Assembly: GCA_907163075.1 (NCBI GenBank)
Contig: CAJQTY010000003.1
Coordinates: forward strand, 50,637 to 114,636
From: an uncultured Rhodocyclaceae bacterium
GTDB taxonomy: Bacteria; Pseudomonadota; Gammaproteobacteria; Burkholderiales; Rhodocyclaceae
Reading direction: 5' to 3'
Length of the DNA: 64,000 nt
Part shown: positions 28,074 to 37,335 of the stretch, one piece after another
How the letters are laid out: each line of letters starts with the position of its first letter
Position numbering within the stretch: position 1 is the stretch's first letter
The notes under the pieces: generated by a model
Seen by the model: the letters and a program-made list of their open reading frames with translations, nothing else
Database searches by the model: none
Told to the model about the DNA's origin: nothing
Position numbers and translations under genes: made by a program

Positions 28074-29936
28074 ATGCTCCCCATCCTGCTCCTCAGCCCA
28101 ATGCAAAGCATCGCCGACATGGCGCCTGATGTCGCCGATGAACTCGGGATCAGCATTCATATTGAAACCTCGGACGATGCCAGCGCCCTCAAGCTCGTGC
28201 GCCAGCATCCGGGCGTTGAAGTCGTGGTCACGCGCGGCGGACTTGCGGAGCAGATCCGGCAGCTTCCGGGAATCAGCGTCGTGGAAATCGCGATGTCGCT
28301 CAACGAACTGCTCAGCACCCTCTCCCACCTTACCGCCAAGGGATTCCGACGGATCGGAATCGTCAGCCGGGCCAACCTGTTCAGTGGCGCCGTCGGCAAC
28401 TTCCAGATCCTCGATGCGCAGGTGAGCATCCACCCGCAGGTTGATGAGGAGGCGACGCAGGCGGCGGTCAGACAACTCGTGAGCGAGGGATTCGAAGCGA
28501 TCATCGGCTGCCGCATGGCATTCAAGACGGCGCGCGAGCTGGGGGTCGAAGCCGTCTTCCTCGAAAGCGGCCCGGTCTCGATCCGCGCCGCGCTGCAGGA
28601 AGCGATGCGCATCCTTGAAGCCAAGGAGCGCGAAAAGCTCCAGGGAGCCCAACTGGCGGCGATCATCGACAACATCGATGAGGCGGTGATCGCCGTCACG
28701 CCCGACAACAAGGTCAGCTTCTTCAACCGGCACGCGCGACGCCTCTGCGCGATCGGCCCGGCCAGCCCGCCCGATTTCAGGCCGGCGCTCTCGGTCTTCG
28801 ATTCGGGCGAAAAGGAGAAGATCACCACCATCAACGGCAACAGCGTCATCGCTCGCAGCATCCCGCTCGAATTCAACAATTCGGTGCGTGGCAAAGTGGT
28901 GACGCTGCATGAAGTCAGCCGCATCCAGGCCTCGGAATCGAAGATCCGCTCGTCGTTCTACCAGAAGGGGCTCTATGCGCGTTATCAGTTCAAGGACGTG
29001 ATCGGCGACTCGCCGCTCATGCAGCAACTGACGGCGCGTGCCCGGACCTACGCCGGGCACGACTCGAACCTGCTGATCTACGGCGAGACCGGGACCGGCA
29101 AGGAAGTCTTCGCGCAGAGCATTCATAACGTCAGCAAGCGCAGCAAGGGCCCGTTCGTCTCGATCAACATCGCCTCCATCGCGCCCAGCCTGCTTGAAAG
29201 CGAACTCTTCGGCTATGTCGATGGCGCCTTCACCGGCGCGCGCAAGGGCGGCAAGCCCGGGCTCTTCGAACTCGCCCACCAGGGCACCCTGTTCCTCGAC
29301 GAAATCGGCGAGCTCGCCCCGGAAATCCAGAACCGCTTTCTGCGCGTGCTGCAGGAACGCGAAATCATGCGCATCGGCGACGACAAGATCATCCCGATCG
29401 ATGTGCGCATCATTTCGGCGACCAATCGCGACCTGTTCCAGCAGACACTCTCGGGAAGTTTCCGCCAGGATCTCTACTACCGGATTCACGTCGTCGGCTT
29501 GCGCATTCCCCCGCTGCGCGCCCGCGCCGACGACATTCCGCAGATCTTCGAGCATTACCTGCAGCGCTTTGCCGGCCAGGCCGGCCGCAACGCCCATCTG
29601 ACCCGCGGAGCCGGGGAACTGCTCAAATCCTACGCCTGGCCGGGCAACATCCGGCAGTTGCGCAACGTCGCCGAGGTCGTGGCCTACGGGGAAACGGAAC
29701 GGGTCGAGGCCGGCCAGATCGCCGAGGTGCTCGGCGAGCAGGAGCATACCGCCACCGCGTCGAGCTTCATCACCATTCCCGAAAGCGCCTCGCTGAAGCA
29801 GATGGAGTCCGAAATCATCCGCAACCTGCTCGCCAAGCACAGCGCCGACGACGTGTGCACGCGCCTGGGCATCAGCCGAGTCACGCTGTGGCGGAAGATG
29901 AAGGCGATGACGATTTCCGTGCCGGGACCGGCATGA
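28074..29936 (+). CDS. sigma54-dependent transcriptional activator, PrpR-type N-domain + PAS + AAA+ + Fis HTH
   Basis: 620 aa. VVVTRGGLAEQIRQ (PrpR_N-like), GETGTGKEVFAQSIH Walker A, ESELFGYVDGAFTGA (GAFTGA), C-terminal TRLGISRVTLWRKM HTH. Confidence 0.9.
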   Translation: MLPILLLSPMQSIADMAPDVADELGISIHIETSDDASALKLVRQHPGVEVVVTRGGLAEQIRQLPGISVVEIAMSLNELLSTLSHLTAKGFRRIGIVSRANLFSGAVGNFQILDAQVSIHPQVDEEATQAAVRQLVSEGFEAIIGCRMAFKTARELGVEAVFLESGPVSIRAALQEAMRILEAKEREKLQGAQLAAIIDNIDEAVIAVTPDNKVSFFNRHARRLCAIGPASPPDFRPALSVFDSGEKEKITTINGNSVIARSIPLEFNNSVRGKVVTLHEVSRIQASESKIRSSFYQKGLYARYQFKDVIGDSPLMQQLTARARTYAGHDSNLLIYGETGTGKEVFAQSIHNVSKRSKGPFVSINIASIAPSLLESELFGYVDGAFTGARKGGKPGLFELAHQGTLFLDEIGELAPEIQNRFLRVLQEREIMRIGDDKIIPIDVRIISATNRDLFQQTLSGSFRQDLYYRIHVVGLRIPPLRARADDIPQIFEHYLQRFAGQAGRNAHLTRGAGELLKSYAWPGNIRQLRNVAEVVAYGETERVEAGQIAEVLGEQEHTATASSFITIPESASLKQMESEIIRNLLAKHSADDVCTRLGISRVTLWRKMKAMTISVPGPA

Positions 29937-29959
29937 GCCGGCACCAGCGGCGGTCCGTC

Positions 29960-31468
29960 CTAAGCTTCGGTCTCTTGTGCTTTGGCTGAAGCCTTTCTGC
30001 TTTGATACAGGGAATAGAGTATGGAAACCGCAGCCAATCCAATAAATCCCAGCGCGATGGGCTTGTCCAGGAACACCGTCAGGCTCCCTGATTTCGCAAC
30101 CATGGCCTGGCGGAACGTCTTTTCGAGCGTATCGCCCAGAATGAGCGCCAGGACCAGCGGTGGAATGGGAATATCGAGCTTCTGCATCGAATAGCCGAGC
30201 AAGCCGAACATGATCAGGAAGAAGAAATCAAACGCGCTGTAGTTCATCATGTAGGTGCCCATGAACGCCAGGCAGATGATGATCGGGATCAGCAATTTCT
30301 GTGGCAAGGCCAGCAACTTGGCGATGTAGGGGACCATCGGCATGTTCATGAAGACGAGAACGATGTTGCCGATGAACATGCTGGCGATCACACCCCAGGC
30401 AATTTCAGGCCGCATCTCAAAGAGCATCGGCCCCGGCTGAACGCCCAGCATCATCAGCGCGCCGAGCATCACGGCGGTTGTTCCCGAGCTGGGAATACCG
30501 ATCGCCAACATGGGAATGATCGAAGCCGTAGCCGACGCATTGTTGGCCGCTTCAGGCGCGGCAACGCCAACGATGTCGCCCTTTCCGAAGTTTTCCGGAT
30601 TCTTGCTCAGCTGCCGTTCCGTGGTGTAGGCGATCAATGACGTCATCGATCCACCGATTCCGGGCAGGCAGCCCAGGAAGAAGGCAATCGGCGTGCTGCG
30701 CACGATGGGAAGCCGGATCTTCCTCCAGTCTTCCATGGTGATCATCACCTTGCCGATGGCTTTGGTATCGATGTTGTACACCACGTCCTTCTCGGCAAAA
30801 CTGTTGAACACTTCCGAAATGGCATAGGCGCCGATGATGGCGACGAGGAAGTCGATGCCGTCCTGCATGGCGGCGATTCCCATCGTGTAGCGAATGACAC
30901 CCGACTGGCCGTCGATGCCGATGCTGGCGACAAGCAGGCCGATGAAGAGCGAAACGCAACCGCGCAGCAGCTTACCTTCGGCCAGCGTGATGGCTGCGGT
31001 CATCGCGAAGAGGATCAGCGCGAACATTTCGGCGGGACCGAACTTCAGCGCGAGGCTGGCGGCCGGTCCGGCGAGGATGACGACCATGACGCAGGCGATC
31101 ATGCCGCCAATGAATGACGCGATCGCCGACGTCGCCAGGGCGGCGCCCGCCCGCCCCTGCTGCGCCATGCGAAAACCATCGAAACAGGTGACAATCGACG
31201 ACGCATCGCCGGGCGTGTTGATCATGATCGACGCGATGGAACCGCCAAACATCGCGCCGTAATAGATCGCGCACATGGTGATCAGCGCCGTGGTGGGATC
31301 CATCCCGTAGGAAACCGGGATCAGGATGGCAATCCCGGTCGCCGGGCCAACACCCGGCAACATTCCGACCAGCGTTCCAAGAAAGCTGCCGATAACCACC
31401 CAGACAAGGTTGGTCAAAGTCAGCGCATTGGCAAAGCCAAGCATCAAATTCGAGAAGACTGCTTCCAC
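29960..31468 (-). CDS. tctA: tripartite tricarboxylate transporter large permease TctA
   Basis: 502 aa. GTLVGMLPGVGPATGIAILIPVSYGMDP and INTPGD motifs typical of TctA. Confidence 0.92.
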   Translation of the reverse strand: MEAVFSNLMLGFANALTLTNLVWVVIGSFLGTLVGMLPGVGPATGIAILIPVSYGMDPTTALITMCAIYYGAMFGGSIASIMINTPGDASSIVTCFDGFRMAQQGRAGAALATSAIASFIGGMIACVMVVILAGPAASLALKFGPAEMFALILFAMTAAITLAEGKLLRGCVSLFIGLLVASIGIDGQSGVIRYTMGIAAMQDGIDFLVAIIGAYAISEVFNSFAEKDVVYNIDTKAIGKVMITMEDWRKIRLPIVRSTPIAFFLGCLPGIGGSMTSLIAYTTERQLSKNPENFGKGDIVGVAAPEAANNASATASIIPMLAIGIPSSGTTAVMLGALMMLGVQPGPMLFEMRPEIAWGVIASMFIGNIVLVFMNMPMVPYIAKLLALPQKLLIPIIICLAFMGTYMMNYSAFDFFFLIMFGLLGYSMQKLDIPIPPLVLALILGDTLEKTFRQAMVAKSGSLTVFLDKPIALGFIGLAAVSILYSLYQSRKASAKAQETEA

Positions 31469-31481
31469 GCCACACTCCCAT

Positions 31482-31952
31482 TTAAAATGTCAGGATGCCT
31501 CTGGGCAGGCTGACGTCGAGCAGGCCAAAAAACAGACCATAGGTTATCAGCGCGAAAGCCAGGCCAACCGAAACGTTGTAAACGATCCGGCGCCCGTTCG
31601 TTATAAACATCATGGCCGTCATGAACAGAAAGCTCGATATCAGGTAGCCGACCGGCTCAAGAATCAGTCCGAAAATGATCCCCGCGACACAGGTGTACGC
31701 GATGTCGAGCATGAGACCTTTTTCGGTGGACAGATTGAAGATGACCGCCCGGTTCTTTTCGGTCAGCGCATCTCTTTTGAGCGCCAGGATCAGCCCCACG
31801 ATCACCATGCCGGCCGAGATGATGAAGGGAAACGCCCGCGGCCCTATTGGATCGGCGACGGCGGATTCCGGCAGGTTTTTTGTCGCAACGAAATAAATCA
31901 CACCGAGTACCAGGGACACCAGTCCTGTTACCCTGTCTTTGGTTAGCGCCAC
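31482..31952 (-). CDS. tctB: tripartite tricarboxylate transporter small subunit TctB
   Basis: About 156 aa, four TM segments, between tctC and tctA. Start is ambiguous: GTG 31952 has GGAGG 6 nt upstream, while ATG 31967 has no RBS. Confidence 0.7.
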   Translation of the reverse strand: MALTKDRVTGLVSLVLGVIYFVATKNLPESAVADPIGPRAFPFIISAGMVIVGLILALKRDALTEKNRAVIFNLSTEKGLMLDIAYTCVAGIIFGLILEPVGYLISSFLFMTAMMFITNGRRIVYNVSVGLAFALITYGLFFGLLDVSLPRGILTF

Positions 31953-32096
31953 GGACTTCCTCCCCATTCGAAGTAAGAAAACGGGACCAGGACGACTCGA
32001 CCCCATTGCCTTGCAGACACCCTGTCCTGGCGAACGCTTGAGCGGCGTAACGCCAGGATAGCCAGTGGATAGTTCAGCGTCGAATCACCGCGGCGC

Positions 32097-33080
32097 CTAT
32101 TTCTTTCTCAACCCGAGCTGTTCGACCAGCGGCCCCAGGGCGGCCGTCTGCTCTTCCAGGAATTTCTTGAATTCGGCCGAGTTCTTGTAGTACACCTGAC
32201 CATTCAGGCTCTCGATCGTCTTCTTGAATCCTGGTTTCTGGACCATCTTGCCGATCGCGTCATCCCAGAACTTGATCTGCTCGGCCGTCATTTCAGGAGG
32301 GCCCATGATGCCGCGCCAGTGCGGGAAGACCATGTCGACGCCCTGTTCCTTCCAGGTCGGCACGTCAGGCAGGACATCGACGCGTTTGTCGGCGGTAATG
32401 CCCAGAATCCTCAGCTTGCCCGCCTTGTGCTGCGTCAGGGTTTCCGACAGCGCCGTGGTCACCAGGCCCACGTGTCCGCCCAGTGCGGCCATGACCACGT
32501 CACCACCCGCACCTTCGAATACGACCCATTTGAGCTTGCTTGTGTCAACTCCGAATTTTTGCGCCACGCGGACAAACGACAGGTGGTCGTTGTTGCCCAG
32601 ACTTGGGCCGACGCCGATGGTCAGGAGTCCCGGATCCTTCTTCAGCGCCTCAAGCAGATCCTTCCCCGTTTTGTAGGGCGAATCGGCCTTCACCGCGACA
32701 CTGATCCATTCCGTGGTCAGCATGGCGATCGGCGTGAAGTCCTTGTAGGTGAGTTCGCTACTGCCCAAAAGATTGTTGAGCAGGACGAGCGACGAGTTCG
32801 CCGCGAGATAGTGGGGATTCCCCGCCTTCCCCTTGAGGTAAGTCCAGCCCGTCGCGCCACCGCCACCGGGTTTGTTCGAAACGATTATGTTCTTGTTGAC
32901 CAGCTTTTCTTCGGTCAGGGTCCGTTGCACCGCTCGGGCGGTCAAGTCCCAGCCGCCACCGGGCGATGCCGGAGCCACGATTTCGATCGTCGATTCGGGA
33001 ACCCAATCCTTCGCTGAAGCATTCGTGACGAGAGACGCCATGGTCACCACGGCGGCAAAGACAAACTTCAAGTCTTTCAT
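32097..33080 (-). CDS. tctC: tripartite tricarboxylate transporter substrate-binding protein TctC (Bug family)
   Basis: 327 aa from ATG 33080 (AAGGAAG RBS). Signal peptide MKDLKFVFAAVVTMASLVTNASA, then PASPGGGWD and KPGGGGATG Bug-family motifs. Confidence 0.88.
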   Translation of the reverse strand: MKDLKFVFAAVVTMASLVTNASAKDWVPESTIEIVAPASPGGGWDLTARAVQRTLTEEKLVNKNIIVSNKPGGGGATGWTYLKGKAGNPHYLAANSSLVLLNNLLGSSELTYKDFTPIAMLTTEWISVAVKADSPYKTGKDLLEALKKDPGLLTIGVGPSLGNNDHLSFVRVAQKFGVDTSKLKWVVFEGAGGDVVMAALGGHVGLVTTALSETLTQHKAGKLRILGITADKRVDVLPDVPTWKEQGVDMVFPHWRGIMGPPEMTAEQIKFWDDAIGKMVQKPGFKKTIESLNGQVYYKNSAEFKKFLEEQTAALGPLVEQLGLRKK

Positions 33081-33478
33081 TATGTCTTCCTTCTTCAATT
33101 GACCAAAGGTGTATATGGTGCCGGGCTTGTAAACGAGCTGCTTCGTGGGTTTCTTGTATGGTAACCGCACCCCATGCCAAACATTGAAATCCTCGATTCG
33201 TTGCGTCAAGCACTTCTACGGCACTGCGGGGCACGCCAATCGTCTGCGGTGACCGCTCTGCAAATATAACCGAGTTTTGAAACGCAGGTCATGCAATCTC
33301 TTTGCACCGGCGCTATCGGGATGCTTGCACGAACGCCGCCCGGCAGCGCGACGGAGATCGGTCGCTTCGACCGCCATCGCGGCACGGTGGAAATCCACGA
33401 TTGAATACGCCGCTTGGCTTCGACGATACTCCAATGTCAAAATCGGCGTTCACATCAAAGTTCACAGGAAGATCGAAA

Positions 33479-34831
33479 ATGGACGTCAGCATCACGCTTG
33501 AATTTCTCGTCATTCTTTTCTGCCTCCTCGCCGGGGCACGCTACGGCGGTTATGGCCTGGGTCTGATAGGCGGCGTTGGCGTCCTGATCTTTACCTTCAC
33601 CTTCCACCTGCAACCGGGCAAGCCGCCGATCGACGTGCTGCTCACAATCATGTCGGTGCTCGGCTGCGCGTCGGTCCTGCAGACCGCCGGCGGCCTCAAC
33701 GTCATGATGCGCACGGCGGAACGAGTCCTGCGCCGGCATCCGAACCAGATCACGCTGCTGGCGCCTCTGGCCACCTGGTCGCTGACGGTGATGTGCGGTA
33801 CCGGACACGTGGTCTACACGATGTTCCCGATCATCTACGACATCGCGATCAAGAAGGGCATCCGCCCCGAGCGGCCGATGGCGGTCGCCTCGATCGCCTC
33901 GCAGATCGGTATCTGCGCCTCGCCGGTCTCGGTCGCCGTCGTTTCGATGGTCGCCATCCTCGGCAAGGCCAAGGGCCTCGACCACCCGATCAGCCTGATC
34001 GAACTGCTCTCCGTCGGCATGCCGGCGACGCTCTGTGGCGTCATCGTCGCCGCGCTCTGGAGCATGCGCCGCGGCAAGGATCTCGACCAGGACCCGGTGT
34101 TCCAGGCCAAGCTGAAAGACCCTGAGCAGAAGCAGTACATCTACGGCGAATCGTCCACCCTGCTCGACAAGGTCTTCCCGAAGGAGGCTTACTGGGCGAC
34201 CTGGATCTTTTTCGCGGCCATCGCCGCCGTCGTCCTGCTCGGCGCCTTCCCCAGCCTGCGCCCGCTGCTCGGCGAGGTCGGCAAGGCCAAGCCGCTGTCG
34301 ATGAACCTGGCGATCCAGATGATGATGCTGACCGCCGGCGCGCTGATCCTCATCCTGTGCAAGGTACGCCCGCAGGACATCCCCAACGGGACGGTGTTCA
34401 AGGCCGGGATGGTCGCCGTGATCTCGATCTTCGGCGTCGCCTGGATGGCCGATACGGTGTTCGAGGCGCACTTCGAACTGCTCAAGAACTCGCTCGCCGG
34501 CGTCGTCGCCACCCAGCCGTGGACCTACGCCATCGTCCTCTTCATCGTCTCCAAGCTGGTCAATAGCCAGGCGGCGGCGATCGCGGCGATCGCTCCGATC
34601 GGCGTCAGCCTCGGCGTCGATCCGAAGGTGATGATCGCCTTCCTGCCCGCATGCTACGGCTATTTTGTGCTGCCGACCTATGCCAGCGATCTGGCGTGCA
34701 TCGGCTTCGACCGCTCAGGCACCACGCGCATCGGCAAGTTCGTGATCAACCACAGCTTCATCATTCCCGGGCTGATCGGCGTCGGGACCGGCTGCCTGGT
34801 CGGCTGGCTGCTGGTCGAGGTGTTGTTCTGA
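33479..34831 (+). CDS. anaerobic C4-dicarboxylate carrier, DcuA/DcuB family
   Basis: 450 aa from ATG 33479 (AGGAAG RBS). LAGARYGGYGLGLIGGVGVL, LQTAGGLNVMM, ITLLAPLATW..GTGHVVYT, RPERPMAVASIASQIGICASPVS parallel E. coli DcuA. Confidence 0.85.
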   Translation: MDVSITLEFLVILFCLLAGARYGGYGLGLIGGVGVLIFTFTFHLQPGKPPIDVLLTIMSVLGCASVLQTAGGLNVMMRTAERVLRRHPNQITLLAPLATWSLTVMCGTGHVVYTMFPIIYDIAIKKGIRPERPMAVASIASQIGICASPVSVAVVSMVAILGKAKGLDHPISLIELLSVGMPATLCGVIVAALWSMRRGKDLDQDPVFQAKLKDPEQKQYIYGESSTLLDKVFPKEAYWATWIFFAAIAAVVLLGAFPSLRPLLGEVGKAKPLSMNLAIQMMMLTAGALILILCKVRPQDIPNGTVFKAGMVAVISIFGVAWMADTVFEAHFELLKNSLAGVVATQPWTYAIVLFIVSKLVNSQAAAIAAIAPIGVSLGVDPKVMIAFLPACYGYFVLPTYASDLACIGFDRSGTTRIGKFVINHSFIIPGLIGVGTGCLVGWLLVEVLF

Positions 34832-35017
34832 GCTAGCACGGCGTCCGATCCGGGTCGGCGGCTGGCGGCTACCTGAGTTCGGCGCGTTCGGCGGCGTCCG
34901 GCGGATTCGCCGGCCGGCCGTTCCCGCATTGACCCTGCCGCCGGCTAACCGATACTATGCCGGACGGGTCGCTCCGGCGACCGACAATAATCCAAAGATA
35001 CGTCAGGGAGAGTAGCG

Positions 35018-35968
35018 ATGCAGGACGTCATGCAGGAGTTTCTCAAAATCCTGTTTGCCTCGGGTCAAAAGGGCTTCGAACTGGCGTTTTTCATCCTGAT
35101 GCCGATCATGGTCCTGATGATGGCCATCATGCGCGTGCTGGATCAACAAGGCGTGCTGCGCCGGGTCGCCATCTACACGGCGCCGGTGCTGCTGCTCTTC
35201 GGCATTCCCGGCCTGGGCGTCTTCGCGATCGTGCAGATCCTGTTCGTCAGCTTCGCCGCCCCGGTGTCGACCTTCCGCATCCTGGACCAGGACGAAGGCA
35301 TTTCCGACCGCAAGATTGCCGCCAGTTTCGCGGCCATCCTCTGCATGTCGCAGGCCAACGCCACGCTGCCGCTGGCGGCCTTCGGCCTGAACCTGCCGGT
35401 AACGATGGCGACGTCGGTGATCGGCGGCCTCGTTGCCGCTTTCCTGACCTACCGGATTTTCGCGCGCCATCTGCCGGACAGCCCGGAACGCTCGGCCGAG
35501 GAAGAAATCGGCAGGAACCAGAAGCAGCAGAACCTGATCCAGATGATTCTGTCCGGCGGCGAAGAAGGCTTCCAGCTTGTGCTCAAGGCGGTGCCGGTGC
35601 TGGTGCTCGCCGTGCTGCTGGTGAATGTGCTCAAGGCCATCGGCGCCATCCAGTTCATGGAAGGCCTGTGCGGCCCGGTGCTGTCGCTGGCCGGCATTTC
35701 GGCGTCGTCCGTACTGTCCATCATCACCAAGTACATCGCCGGCGGGACGGCGATGATGGGGGCGACGCTGCCGCTGCTCCAGGAACACCTGATGAGCTCC
35801 ACCGACCTCAACAGGATCGCCGGGTTCACGATCAATACGCTCGATCCGGTCGGCCTGGCTGTCCTCGTTTCCGCCGGCAAGCGCTTTTCCGCCTTTGCCA
35901 TGCCGGCGATCAAGGGCGCGCTGGCCGGTATCCTCGTGCGCGGCATCCTGCATTTGCTGATTTTCTGA
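35018..35968 (+). CDS. membrane protein with nucleoside-recognition (Gate)-like domains
   Basis: 316 aa, polytopic. The two halves are separated by a charged linker (DSPERSAEEEIGRNQKQQN). Resembles Gate-domain proteins; assignment is by recollection only. Confidence 0.6.
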   Translation: MQDVMQEFLKILFASGQKGFELAFFILMPIMVLMMAIMRVLDQQGVLRRVAIYTAPVLLLFGIPGLGVFAIVQILFVSFAAPVSTFRILDQDEGISDRKIAASFAAILCMSQANATLPLAAFGLNLPVTMATSVIGGLVAAFLTYRIFARHLPDSPERSAEEEIGRNQKQQNLIQMILSGGEEGFQLVLKAVPVLVLAVLLVNVLKAIGAIQFMEGLCGPVLSLAGISASSVLSIITKYIAGGTAMMGATLPLLQEHLMSSTDLNRIAGFTINTLDPVGLAVLVSAGKRFSAFAMPAIKGALAGILVRGILHLLIF

Positions 35969-36022
35969 GCGGTGCGTGCTTGCCTCTGGTCATTGCGCCG
36001 CGACACCCCGTCGGAACCGGAA

Positions 36023-36874
36023 TCAGGCGACCTGCGCCTCGGCCCGCATGCTCACCGCACCGTCGCCCAGAGTCGCGTGCAGGGCCAGGCGCTTGTCCTG
36101 CACGCTCGCGTTGAGCGTGAGCGAGTCGCCGAGCAGCGCCGGCGATACCCCGCGGTAGCGAAAGTCGACCAGTCGACCACGGCTGACCTCCTCGGCGTAG
36201 CCGGCGAGCAGGGTCGCCGTCAGCGGGCCGTGGATGACCAGGTTCGGGTAGCCCTCGACGTCGCGGCAGTAATCCGCGTCGTAATGAATGCGGTGCCCAT
36301 TGAAGGTCAGCGCCGAATAGCGGAACAAGGTCGTCGAGGTGGGCCGCAGGGTCCGGGTAAACGGGCCGGCGGAAGCGGGTGCCGCTGACTTGGCGTCGTG
36401 CCCCGGCGGCCTTGGGCCTTTGTAGACGATGTCGTGCTCCTCGCGCAGGAGCGGTTCTCCATCCGGCGCTTTCAGTTCGTGCAGCACGGTGACGAAAACT
36501 AGGTCGCCCGACCGGCCGCTCTTGTGATCCACGCTCAGGATGCGCGATTCCTTGCGCACCAGCGAACCGATGCGCAGCGGCGCCATAAACGATACGCGGC
36601 CGCCGGCCCACATCCGGTTCGGCAATGGCACCGGCGGCAGAAAACCGCCGCGCGCGGGGTGTCCATCAGGCCCGAGTTCGCTCGCCGGCAAGCCTTCCAG
36701 GAAATATATCCAGTGCCACAGCGGCGGCAGGCCGGCACCGTCCCGGAGCCGCTCCAGGTACGGGTAGTCGACCGTGGCCGCCATCAGCCGTGCCTGGCGC
36801 AGAGCAATCAGATCCTCGTCGCAATGCGACTTGCCGATCCAGGTACGGAGGTAATCCAGGTCAATTCCACTCAT
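36023..36874 (-). CDS. MaoC/HTD2-type (R)-specific enoyl-CoA hydratase, double hot-dog (itaconyl- or mesaconyl-CoA-hydratase-like)
   Basis: 283 aa from ATG 36874 (GAGGAG RBS). MSGIDLDYLRTWIGKS..., PPLWHWIYF, FRYSALTFNGHRIHYD, VIHGPL. Confidence 0.75.
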   Translation of the reverse strand: MSGIDLDYLRTWIGKSHCDEDLIALRQARLMAATVDYPYLERLRDGAGLPPLWHWIYFLEGLPASELGPDGHPARGGFLPPVPLPNRMWAGGRVSFMAPLRIGSLVRKESRILSVDHKSGRSGDLVFVTVLHELKAPDGEPLLREEHDIVYKGPRPPGHDAKSAAPASAGPFTRTLRPTSTTLFRYSALTFNGHRIHYDADYCRDVEGYPNLVIHGPLTATLLAGYAEEVSRGRLVDFRYRGVSPALLGDSLTLNASVQDKRLALHATLGDGAVSMRAEAQVA

Positions 36875-37335
36875 GCACCAACTCCTCTTCCTCGGGCGAG
36901 CCATGCCGCCCGACCAAGGGCGGCGTCGGGGTTTTGCGGTATCAGCTACCGACCACACCGGCCGCAACGTACCCGGCCGCTTGCCGGAAGTCCCACCCGG
37001 ATCAATCCGCGTCCTGAAACACGGTTGAAGCGCCTTCGCATCCGTGACCCGATCGGTCTGATTCATGGCCTGAAATCATGGCACACCTCAAGCGGCCGCG
37101 CCATACGCTTGACCCGCCCTGGCTCAACCAGTCCGCGGCCATTCCGGCGAAATTCATGCGCTCGCCCTGCTCCCATGGGCTAAATGCAATTCCCCGGGCC
37201 GCCTTCGCCGGCAAACCCAACGACGACTCGTCCGGTGGTAAACTCCGCCCGGATAACACCACAAGGCCAGACCTGTTCTGGCCTTTGCCTTTCCGGCAAA
37301 GCACCGCAAACACGCCCGCTGGAGAAACCCGCGCA

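Noticed and set aside
27969-29840. 623-aa minus-strand ORF
   Set aside because: It lies fully antisense to the sigma54 activator, which has unmistakable AAA+ and HTH motifs. The ORF itself has no recognisable motifs.
33165-33185. TGGCAT-GGGGTGC (minus strand) upstream of tctC as a sigma54 promoter. Also TGGTGC-N5-TTGT (plus strand, ~33117-33131) and TGGCAC at ~59716.
   Set aside because: The GG-to-GC spacing is off by 1-2 nt, or the -12 GC is missing, in each case.
33440-33470. Possible FNR/CRP box (…TTCACATCAA…) upstream of the Dcu gene
   Set aside because: Only the right half-site ATCAA is present. The left half (ggcgt) does not match TTGAT.
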